A DNA stretch of 62,895 nt, the filler included, from Stramenopiles sp. TOSAG23-2 (taxonomy: Eukaryota): assembly GCA_900128395.1 (NCBI GenBank). It is 6 parts of 6 records of this genome, joined end to end, with 100 filler letters (N's around TTAATTAATTAA, not from the genome) between each part and the next. Parts side by side here need not be neighbours in the genome. Positions count along the whole stretch, not along the records: positions 42,056 to 52,431 come from LT650020.1; positions 52,532 to 62,895 come from LT650021.1; 4 more parts are not named here. One strand, written 5' to 3'. The notes below the pieces were generated by a model. The model did no database searches. It was not told the origin of the DNA and saw nothing but the letters and a program-made list of their open reading frames with translations. Below, piece after piece: positions 46,838 through 56,126 of the stretch (positions are counted from its first letter, which is position 1; every line of letters starts with the position of its first letter). A program made the position numbers and the translations under genes.

Positions 46838-47416
46838 ATGTTGAAAACTATTAAATATTCATCCGCAGCGTTTATAAAAAATGTAAAAAGAAACATTTAT
46901 TACAAACCATGCGTTTCGATTGCAAATAATAATAATAATAATAATTTAATGATAAATAATAATAATAATAAAATAATAAATAGTTATGAATTTATAAATG
47001 TGCGAACATATGCAGCAGCAACAAAAAATACTGGTAAAAAAAAAGCAGCAGATGGCAGTAGGAAAATAGATGAAAAAGCACAGAAAAAAATGAATGCTGA
47101 TGCAAAAGCAGCATTGAAAATGTTTATCGGTTTTGGTGATGGTAGTGCTGGTTTACCAAGTTTGACACCAGAGGAAAAAGAAGAATTAAGCGAATTAGCT
47201 AAAGAATATAATGTTGAAACAAGTAAACGTCATCATGCCGAAATGAAAGATATACAATTAAAAATCGATTTATTACATGAAGCACTTGATGCATTGCCAA
47301 TGGAAGAACAAGAATTTGCACGTACACACGATAATAGCCCTGTACCAATGCATCGACCTATGATTGTTGATAATCCACCAGTAAAAGATTATGATGTGAA
47401 GAAAAGTCGTGATTAA
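46838..47416 (+). CDS. MRPL40: Mitochondrial ribosomal protein mL40-like
   Basis: Presequence-like N-terminus; AKEYN...EALDALP.E...A...D.SP.P..RP...DNPP. Confidence 0.7.
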   Translation: MLKTIKYSSAAFIKNVKRNIYYKPCVSIANNNNNNNLMINNNNNKIINSYEFINVRTYAAATKNTGKKKAADGSRKIDEKAQKKMNADAKAALKMFIGFGDGSAGLPSLTPEEKEELSELAKEYNVETSKRHHAEMKDIQLKIDLLHEALDALPMEEQEFARTHDNSPVPMHRPMIVDNPPVKDYDVKKSRD

Positions 47417-47634
47417 ACAAATAATTTATATTTTTTGTATTTATTATAGTAGCGGAAAAAGAATTTCGTCACATAATATATCTATATCAGTTTTGTAATA
47501 AAGGTGTGAGTACTGATCAATATTAATTTTTATACAATGTTCGTAGTACAAAATGTAAAAATCGTATACAACACGACACACACGATGTGTAGTAGGTGTT
47601 AATGTAAAAATTAATAATTGTATTTTATCTCTTT

Positions 47635-48102
47635 TTATATATTAGTTTTTTTCATTTCTTCTTGGTCATTATTTTTCATACTACTACTACTAGAATCTGT
47701 TTCATTATTATTATTACTATCATCATTATTCATTCCATCCTCATCATTATTTTCAGCATCATTTATATCATGTTGTTCTTGTAAAAATTCATTTGCACGA
47801 AAGAATTTGGATTGTAAATAATACGATCCACCATTCTTGGGATCATTTGCTTCAAAATACTTGACATAATATGCCTCCAATTCTTCTCGTGGAGGTAGGT
47901 CCCCATCCGGTAGTTTTTTTACATTTAAAATTTCTAACGCTTCACTCTCTGTCATTTGCCCTCTACGAACAACACCACCAGCTGCTTTCACTGCATCTTT
48001 TCCAGCATTTGCAGCTGCTTGCCTATACGCTGTTAAAAATGCTTTCCCAATAATTTGCGACCCGGTAATAACTACCTGCGCAACAATTTTTTGCCACGAC
48101 AT
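47635..48102 (-). CDS. PAM16: Mitochondrial import motor subunit Pam16/Tim16
   Basis: AQVVITGSQIIGKAFLTAYRQA, MTESEALEILNV and FEANDPKNGGSYYLQSK. ATG at 48102. Confidence 0.93.
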   Translation of the reverse strand: MSWQKIVAQVVITGSQIIGKAFLTAYRQAAANAGKDAVKAAGGVVRRGQMTESEALEILNVKKLPDGDLPPREELEAYYVKYFEANDPKNGGSYYLQSKFFRANEFLQEQHDINDAENNDEDGMNNDDSNNNNETDSSSSSMKNNDQEEMKKTNI

Positions 48103-48603
48103 TATATATATATATATGGATCGTGCGTGTGTGTGTATCTTTCTATTACCAATTCCTCTGAATGTGTGAATAGTTTTCCTTTCCTCTATCTCGTGTATTC
48201 TACATCTCATCTTTTTATAATAATACGTACGACGTAATAATAAAATATATATATTATACCGTGCACTTCAAGATCTTTTTCCGGATAGTTACCGGTTGTT
48301 GTTCACAACAGGATCTTTCACTTTGACAACCTCACCGTTTTCGAATGAGCCCGGCGTCCAACGCGTTCAACGTTCGAACATGTTGGAAGGATAGAAACCT
48401 ACTTGTGATTGTAGAGTATTAGTTTGCAGAGGTGCATTAGAGCTTTACTATAGTAGGATAACATATATTATTCTTGCGATTGAGTATTGAGCATATTACT
48501 TAACACGAGAAGTGTAAAAATATTTTATATTTGCCGTTTGCAATTCTCCTCTTCTTTTTTAAATTTTGCTATGGTAGCTATAAGGTATACGACATAAATC
48601 TTT

Positions 48604-49518
48604 TCATAAATTATCTCCATAAAACATGTTAAAAACTACATCTTTTGTTGTTTTATTATTTGTTCCTCCATTTGCTTTTTCTTTCATTCTTTTCTTACGT
48701 TGTTGTAATTTCATATTAGATGGCCATTTCACTTTTACTTTTCTATCAAATTTTGATAATGTCGTATGATCAATTTTTAATAAATGTGATAATTTAATAG
48801 TTTGTTTTTTATTACGTTGATTGTTATTTGAAGACGGCGACTTAGAATATTGTTGTTGTTTTCTTTTCTTTCTTTTTCGATATTCTTCTTCATGTTGTTG
48901 ATGTCCAAATAAAAATAATTCATCATTATTATTATTATTTTTTGCATTATCAACTAAATTTTGAAAATCTTTACCATTTTTGGATTGAACTCGTTTTCGT
49001 AAAGAGTATGTACCATTCTTTTGATGATTATTTCCATTTTTCATTCTTAATATGTAAAAGCTTTTTAACCAACAATAAAACGTCCTAGATGCCATCATTC
49101 GTTGTGTTGCTAATGGTATAATATCTGTATATTTTTCAATATTTAATTTCTCATGCAATACGTTCATTAATATTTTATAATTATTTGCACATATAAAACT
49201 TTGTGTTGGAAGCCAATCAATTTGTTTCCATTGTGCATTTGTAAAAATACTAATATCGTTATTATTATTATCATCATCGCATGTATAATAAAATAATTTA
49301 TCGATGATTTGACAAGCTGCTGCACCACCCAATGCATCTTTTAACGTATCAAAATTGCAACCAATTTCATGATTGATCCATTCAATTAATTCATCATCAT
49401 TATGATTAATTTTAAAATTATATATAGTATTTACACAGCAACCTTTTCTTTTTTTACATTGTCGTTGTTTTACACCACCATGATGATGGTTTGGATGTTT
49501 ATTCTCTGATGATGACAT
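48604..49518 (-). CDS. Divergent EB1/RP-type calponin-homology domain protein
   Basis: ELIEWIN...LGGAAACQIIDKLF...IDW...NNYKIL matches the EB1 CH domain. Basic C-terminus with no recognisable EBH domain. Confidence 0.6.
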   Translation of the reverse strand: MSSSENKHPNHHHGGVKQRQCKKRKGCCVNTIYNFKINHNDDELIEWINHEIGCNFDTLKDALGGAAACQIIDKLFYYTCDDDNNNNDISIFTNAQWKQIDWLPTQSFICANNYKILMNVLHEKLNIEKYTDIIPLATQRMMASRTFYCWLKSFYILRMKNGNNHQKNGTYSLRKRVQSKNGKDFQNLVDNAKNNNNNDELFLFGHQQHEEEYRKRKKRKQQQYSKSPSSNNNQRNKKQTIKLSHLLKIDHTTLSKFDRKVKVKWPSNMKLQQRKKRMKEKANGGTNNKTTKDVVFNMFYGDNL

Positions 49519-49654
49519 ATTGTTTTACATGTACATTCCATGTATCATAGAGATGTTATTATATCTATCTAATCATCAACCATAAAAAATAAAAGACGAG
49601 ACGACATGTGCATATTTATATATATTTCATATTTTATTTTCGTACATATGACAT

Positions 49655-50818
49655 ATGACATGCAACGTTCTTTATTTATTGATAATAGTATTAGTCGCGC
49701 TTTCTGTTGCAAATGCACAGCAGACAAGGCAAGTGCGTGTGCCACGTACGCCAAAGTCCCTGCAACAAAAATCAGAAGATTATAAAAATAGAGCAATTCC
49801 TACTGGTTTAAGAGGCCTAGTACCAAATTATGCAGCAATTGGATCAAGACCAAGTAGAGTAGTGAAGGCAACAAAAAATAGTAAGAAGCCTGCAGGAACT
49901 GCTAATGGAGCAGGGGATAATGATAAAAATTTATTGAATTTAAAGATGCCAGTAGATATATCAGGAACAGGAAATAACAATATGTTTGCTAACTTAACGA
50001 ATAATAAGTTCGAGGAAACTGGTACAACTGGTGGTGCAACGGGTGCAACTGCAGCTAGCGGCGCAACGGGCGCAACTGCAGCTAGTGGCGCAACTGGCGT
50101 GAAGAAAGAACCAGTAATTACTGGCCCAACAGGTGTTCATTCTTCGGTTGAACATGAAAGGCAGAGACGAAAATTTGCTGAAAATGTTACTAAAATGAAT
50201 GCTGCTGAAGAAGAAAAAGAAAAAAAAGTGAAGAAAGCAGCGCAAGATGAAGAAAACTTGAATAAACGGATTGCTGATAGAAAGAAGAAAGAGAAAGAAC
50301 AACAAAATGAAGTAAAAGAAGCAGAGGAAAAAGACAAAAAAGATAAGAAGTTAAAAGATCGCATACGTGAAGTAGAAGGGTTACCACCACCATCTACACA
50401 AGTGCAAAAGAAATCAAATAGTAAAAATAGTACGAAAAGTGCAAGCGGAGCAGCAGCAGATAATAGCAATAGTAATAATAATGAGGAGGATGGTAGTGGC
50501 CCAACAGGTGTGGATCAAATCATTGAAAAAGAACGAGTTAATCGTGGTGAAATCAAACCAAAAGTAAAAGTGACGAAACCAACCAAGAAAAAAGTTTTTG
50601 TACAAAAAGTGGAAAGAAAAGGTGGAGCAACTGGATTGACTGGGGTTGATCTGAATAAAGCACATTCGTATGATCCATCAGTTGATGGTTTAGGTAAACA
50701 ATATGCATGGATTAAAAATGGAAGAATGGGTAGTGTTATATTTCGACAATATAAAAAATTACAAGCTCAAAAATTTCAAAGTCATTTGTTAAACCATCAT
50801 ACGCCGATGAAGATATAA
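49655..50818 (+). CDS. Secreted low-complexity protein with GATGATAAS repeats and a charged helix
   Basis: Signal peptide LYLLIIVLVALSVANA; GATGATAAS repeats; K/E-rich segment. Confidence 0.65.
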   Translation: MTCNVLYLLIIVLVALSVANAQQTRQVRVPRTPKSLQQKSEDYKNRAIPTGLRGLVPNYAAIGSRPSRVVKATKNSKKPAGTANGAGDNDKNLLNLKMPVDISGTGNNNMFANLTNNKFEETGTTGGATGATAASGATGATAASGATGVKKEPVITGPTGVHSSVEHERQRRKFAENVTKMNAAEEEKEKKVKKAAQDEENLNKRIADRKKKEKEQQNEVKEAEEKDKKDKKLKDRIREVEGLPPPSTQVQKKSNSKNSTKSASGAAADNSNSNNNEEDGSGPTGVDQIIEKERVNRGEIKPKVKVTKPTKKKVFVQKVERKGGATGLTGVDLNKAHSYDPSVDGLGKQYAWIKNGRMGSVIFRQYKKLQAQKFQSHLLNHHTPMKI

Positions 50819-51434
50819 TAAAAAAATCACACACACATACTACAAAATATAATATATAATATATTGGACAGAGAGAGGGATTTTTTACATTTAAAAATTG
50901 GGCAGGGAGAGGGATTTTTTACATAAAAGATATTCGTATATATGATATATTGTATATATTAATATTTTTAAATTTAAAATAAAACTACGAAGTATCACAT
51001 ATATAGTTTCCTCTCTTTTTTAACGTATTTTGAGAACTCTCTTTTTTTTATATAATGTATCAATAATATACATAATATATATGATACCCCGGTATATACA
51101 ATTTATTCTCCGCCTTCATTGGTATTCTCTATTATTGTGGGTATATATATCAACACACTAGTGTGAGATAGATTATTTCAATTTATTGTATTCTTTTGAA
51201 GAGTAGGAATTATTATGAGTAAATTAAAAAATAAATTACGCGTAAACTTACCCTCTCTACCGATCACTCGAAATGTAATTTTGAAAACTATGCCTAGATG
51301 AAGGTCGTTGCTGTTCTTGCATTTCTTGTATTTGCACATGACGGTTATTTGAAGAGTAGGAATTATTATGAGTAAATTAAAAAATAAATTACGCGTAAAC
51401 TTAAATTTATAATATAATTTATATAAAATACACT

Positions 51435-52397
51435 CTACAGTTTTGAAGAATGCTGGTTGTTTTCTGGCTTTACTTCATTTATAAAATCAAGTATAATATT
51501 AGAAAATTCAACAGGCCTTTCCAATGGACCAAAATGTCCAGTATTTAACATCGCTTGAAATGTGCTATTAGTGAAATAGGTTGACATATCTTGAAACAAT
51601 TCAGGTGTATCTTTATATATTTCATATCCTTGCATATGTGTCGAATCAGATCCACACATAACAAGTGTTTTACATTTAATATATTTCAACTCATTCCATA
51701 TGCTTACATGTGGTTGATCAAACATTTTTGACTCTACTTGTGGTGAACATTTCAATTCTACACAATTATCATTTTTATTTTCAAACATACCACCATAGAT
51801 GTATCCAAGAAATGCTCTTGTATCCATAGCTGGAAAAATACCACGATTTTCCAACGCTTGTTTTGCACTTTCGTAACTCTCCCATTGATATCGTCTTTTT
51901 AAGGCATTTGCAGCTAAACTAGTTGGTGATGTATTTGCATTTATCCTCGGTGGGGTTGGAGGAAATAAAATAGGTTCATACAATATCAACCCATCAAACA
52001 TATTTGGGTATTTCAATTCTGCCATAACCAATCCGGCAGCCCCCATACTATGGCCTACACCAATACGAAGTTGTTTTTCATTTGTATTTCCAACATTTTT
52101 TGACATAACTTCATGAATGTCTTCAGGTAAGAAATCCGACCATAACAAATTCTCATTGAAATTATGAATTCTATCTCTAGAATCACCATGACCAGTGAAA
52201 TCAAAGAAAATCCCATTAACAGATTTTTTCTGTATGTCCAACGTATTAGATAATTCATTTATAATTGGAGTCATAATTTCTTTATTGAATCCAGATGCAT
52301 GGCAAAACAATATTGATGAATGAATTGCATTGTTTGCACTGTTTCTTCCTAATATTTTTTTCGTATATGCCACCGGTATTAATTTCTTCATATCCAT
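51435..52397 (-). CDS. Alpha/beta hydrolase
   Basis: LFCHASGF, DFTGHGDS, GHSMG nucleophile, LYEP and GHFGPLERP. Confidence 0.9.
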   Translation of the reverse strand: MDMKKLIPVAYTKKILGRNSANNAIHSSILFCHASGFNKEIMTPIINELSNTLDIQKKSVNGIFFDFTGHGDSRDRIHNFNENLLWSDFLPEDIHEVMSKNVGNTNEKQLRIGVGHSMGAAGLVMAELKYPNMFDGLILYEPILFPPTPPRINANTSPTSLAANALKRRYQWESYESAKQALENRGIFPAMDTRAFLGYIYGGMFENKNDNCVELKCSPQVESKMFDQPHVSIWNELKYIKCKTLVMCGSDSTHMQGYEIYKDTPELFQDMSTYFTNSTFQAMLNTGHFGPLERPVEFSNIILDFINEVKPENNQHSSKL

Positions 52398-52431
52398 ATC
52401 TTACCAAATACTTGTTGTCATGTATGTATAT

Positions 52432-52531
52432 NNNNNNNNNNNNNNNNNNNNNNNNNNNNNNNNNNNNNNNNNNNNTTAATTAATTAANNNNNNNNNNNNN
52501 NNNNNNNNNNNNNNNNNNNNNNNNNNNNNNN
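52432..52531. other. Artificial contig spacer
   Basis: 44N-TTAATTAATTAA-44N. Confidence 0.98.
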
Positions 52532-52887
52532 TTACTATAGTAGGATAGCATATTATTCTTGCGATTGAGTATTGAGCATATTACTTAACACGAGAAGTGT
52601 AAAATTATTATATAACTTAGATTTTAACCATCATATAATAAATCAAAAGAAATATAATCAACAAAGAAAAAAAATAAATAATATATCATTGAGATTGGAG
52701 TAATTGAGCGTAGTAGTATTTCCCACGGAAAGCGGAAAGAAAAATTACTACGTATAACTTAGATTTTTAACCACATCATTATATTATGAAAATAATAGAA
52801 AGAGATTTCTTTTTTTACGCGCGTTAATATTTAATTAAAAGTACGAGAACAAATATGATCTATGGTGGGTATTAATTACGAGTATTT

Positions 52888-53130
52888 TTAATGATGTTTC
52901 TTCTTTTTATGTTTTTTCTTCTTTTTTTTTTCTGTTTGTCTTTGTGCAAGATCCATACCTTTTCCATTCATAATAGCTTCAATATCCATTTTATGTCTCA
53001 TTTTTTCTTTCTTTTTCTTTTCTTTTTTCTTTTTCTTTTTTGCTTTTGCTCTTGCTTCTTCATCTTCGGATGATTCATCATCACTACTTTCAATTGGAGC
53101 GGTCGATATGCCAGCTTTAATTAAATCCAT
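52888..53130 (-). CDS. Lys-rich C-terminal gene fragment
   Basis: SSDDESSEDEE followed by poly-Lys tracts. It abuts an opposite-strand coding fragment with no intergenic gap. Confidence 0.4.
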   Translation of the reverse strand: MDLIKAGISTAPIESSDDESSEDEEARAKAKKKKKKEKKKKEKMRHKMDIEAIMNGKGMDLAQRQTEKKKKKKHKKKKHH

Positions 53131-53601
53131 TACTTGAACGGAGACAAAAATTAAATCAAGCTAAAAAAGCGTCGTTTGATACAAAGATTCAAGATGCTAA
53201 TGGTAATTTAATGACAGAGGATCAAATTGATGCCGAAATTCAAGAATTAAGTGGACAAATTGATCAATATCAAGCACAAATCGATGTGTATGATAATGCC
53301 CCAAATCGTAAAGTCCATGCAAAGGATTTATCTGGAGCAACCGGACACATCACAAAATCGCGAAAAAGTATTCCATAAAACTGGCATTACACCTTAAAAT
53401 TAACCTGGATTATTTTAGAGAGGTTTTGGAGAGCCTGAGAGCCGCCTAAAAGAACAGTTACAATTTTGCCCTAAATTGTGGTGGAATAGCACGCCCATTT
53501 TGTATACTTTTTTTACCTATCTGAATAACAGGGGATTTCCACGATGACTAGAATCTGGTTAAGACAATAACAATAATAATAATAATAAAGTATTACCATG
53601 T

Positions 53602-54495
53602 GTGCAACAATTAAAAGATGTTGATGAAAATGAGCAAGATGATTCTGGTGAAGAACGGAGATCTCACCCAAAGCCGACTGTAATAGAAAGCCATATTCGC
53701 TTACGTCGTAAATATTGTGGCGATCCAATGCAGGCAATGAAATTGTATAGAACACATGTGGAAAGAATACCACCTGAATTATTAGCAAAGAACTTCGAGG
53801 ACAATCCATTACCTAGTAGCGACGGAACGCTCCTTCCTGGTACATTCTGTGCTGGTAATGGTTCAAATATTTTAGTCGCAACAATGGATTTAAGAAGCCG
53901 ATTGTTTGAAGGGGATAATATGTACATTGGTGATTTGTTATGTGTCGTTGAAAGTGTATCCTCAGCGCGAATTGAAATAAAATGCCCAACAGTCATTGGA
54001 GGGTATTATATAAGTAGCTATACAGGTTGTAATCTACAAGGATGGAAGAAGAAAGGTAGATTGACAAACGAATTGTCAACAAGTATATTACAATGCACAG
54101 ATATGGATTGTATTCGCCGTATACAAGCATTGCAATGCGCACATTACTTTGAACATGGTCATCCAGGTAAAACGAAAATGGATCTTCCTAATTTTTGTGT
54201 TGGAAAAGAATCAATAACTATATTTGTAATATACACGAGTGGCCGCAAACGCGAGTATAAATTTTTATTGAAGACAGATACACTTGCTAAATTATTCGAT
54301 ATTATTGTAAAAGAGGAGCAAGTGGATACTGCAAAAGATGTAAAAATAAGAAATTTACGAACGAATATTTTATTTGATAGTAAAACTGGAGATGGTAAAG
54401 TACTTGATGATATCAAAGGTTTGGCAAATGAAGATACATTTGCAGTCATTAAATTGAAGAAAAATGATAAATGGGGATTCTTTACAAGGTTGTAA
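53602..54495 (+). CDS. Hypothetical protein (likely 5'-incomplete) with a C-terminal ubiquitin-like domain
   Basis: 297-codon frame without an ATG at its start. The last ~80 aa (ITIFVIYTSGRKREYKF...TLAKLFDII...LDDIKGLANEDTFAVI) fit a beta-grasp pattern. Confidence 0.55.
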   Translation: MQQLKDVDENEQDDSGEERRSHPKPTVIESHIRLRRKYCGDPMQAMKLYRTHVERIPPELLAKNFEDNPLPSSDGTLLPGTFCAGNGSNILVATMDLRSRLFEGDNMYIGDLLCVVESVSSARIEIKCPTVIGGYYISSYTGCNLQGWKKKGRLTNELSTSILQCTDMDCIRRIQALQCAHYFEHGHPGKTKMDLPNFCVGKESITIFVIYTSGRKREYKFLLKTDTLAKLFDIIVKEEQVDTAKDVKIRNLRTNILFDSKTGDGKVLDDIKGLANEDTFAVIKLKKNDKWGFFTRL

Positions 54496-55092
54496 AATAG
54501 TCTAAAATTAATAATATTACTCAGGTATATAGAATATTATACGCTCGTATTAATTAGATATTTTACAGAATCTTTAATATTATGCGCACATACTAAATGG
54601 GGATTCTTTACAAGGTTGTAAAATAGTCTAAAATTAATAATATTACTCAGGTATATAGAATATTATACGCTCGTATTAATTAGATATTTTACAGAATCTT
54701 TAATATTATGCGCACATACAAAACACACTATATAAAAAATATAAAATTTTTAATATATTTTTTTAAAATATTATATATATTATGATATTATGAAATTTTA
54801 TTTACACCGTAAAAAAATAATTCTTACGTCGTCGTGTTCGTAACAATTTAATCTCTCATTATAAAATTATTTTGAAATATTATTAAAATTTTTAAAACGC
54901 ATTTTATTGATAGTTTTGAATACCACACACGCTAGTTTAATACTTCTTTAATTAACTATATTTAACTCCACCCATAAAATTTCTTGGATCTGGTGCAGAT
55001 CCAGAAAATTCTGCGCCTGAAAAATCAAATCCAGGATTTTCTTCTCCAAATTAGTTTTGAATACCACACACGCTAGTTTAATACTTCTTTAA

Positions 55093-55593
55093 TTAACTAT
55101 ATTTAACTCCACCCATAAAATTTCTTGGATCTGGTGCAGATCCAGAAAATTCTGCGCCTGAAAAATCAAATCCAGGATTTTCTTCTCCAAATCTTTCCAA
55201 CATTAGTTTTTTTTGTACTTCCGCTTTTGTAAATGGGTCCATTTGTCCATGTCCTTTAAGTGCCATTTCCCATGTTTCCGCTTTTGCCATTTTTTGTAAA
55301 TTAATCTCAATTTCACCATCATCTAATGTCCACATACTATCATCCACTTTGATTCGATGTGGAAATTCTTCGTCAATAAAGGGTTTATCCGCGCCTTTTA
55401 AACCTAGTTTTAAACGCGTTGCTGTTATTTTACAATTAATATGGGAAGCTTTGATACCAGGTGGTGGTTTAATAAAAATCAATACTTCCTCTAAACTTTG
55501 TTCCCATTCATATACGGTCCTACCATCATACATAAATTTTTGTCTTCCACCTGCTTTTTTAAGTGCGGCTGGTTTTTCATTATTAGTTGCCAT
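55093..55593 (-). CDS. NudC-family CS-domain protein (NudCD2-like)
   Basis: YEWEQSLEEV, DDSMWTLDDGEIEINLQK and LMLERFGEENPGFDFSGAEFSG. ATG at 55593. Confidence 0.9.
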   Translation of the reverse strand: MATNNEKPAALKKAGGRQKFMYDGRTVYEWEQSLEEVLIFIKPPPGIKASHINCKITATRLKLGLKGADKPFIDEEFPHRIKVDDSMWTLDDGEIEINLQKMAKAETWEMALKGHGQMDPFTKAEVQKKLMLERFGEENPGFDFSGAEFSGSAPDPRNFMGGVKYS

Positions 55594-56126
55594 CGTATAT
55601 ATACACACAAACACTCCCACTGTTGTTCAAATTATCTTTTGAAATATATTAGTATGATATACTGATACAAAAATGTAAAATAGAACATATATATAGATAA
55701 ATAGAAATAATAATTATTATTATTTATTAGATTGAAAATTATATTATTCTAGAAGAAGAAGAGATGTGCAGATTATAGGTGTGAAATTATTATTTTTTAC
55801 GTACTTACTCTCCTGCTGTTTTGTGCTGTGCCGTACTAAAACACAATTAAGACTACCTCATGTGATGTTGCTGATAGAGGCACTTGTTACAGTAGTACTT
55901 AAACTTTATTACCCTCCAGCCGGGCCAGCACTTTTTTTTCAAAATATTCATCACAAGAGCACATGCTACATACAGACAGTATATGATGAGATCCATTATT
56001 ATATATTAATTTCAAATAACTGTAAAATATATAATAATATAGAATCGATCAGTAGAAAGACAAAAACATAATATATACATGTAATTAAAAATAAAATAAA
56101 AAGAAGAACGAAAGGTCGAAAGGGAA

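Noticed and set aside
48255-48445. GC-richer intergenic blocks as snRNA, tRNA or snoRNA genes (also 39630-39820 and 44170-44280)
   Set aside because: I could not match Sm sites, tRNA A/B boxes or paired C/D boxes by eye. An Rfam search is needed, so no RNA gene is called.
10422-52531. Five identical N-flanked TTAATTAATTAA motifs at ~10.5-kb spacing
   Set aside because: Artificial linkers. The pieces measure 10421, 10419, 10418, 10397, 10376 and 10364 bp, which is a length-sorted concatenation. Adjacency across linkers has no meaning, and ORF ends reading XXX-LIN are artefacts.
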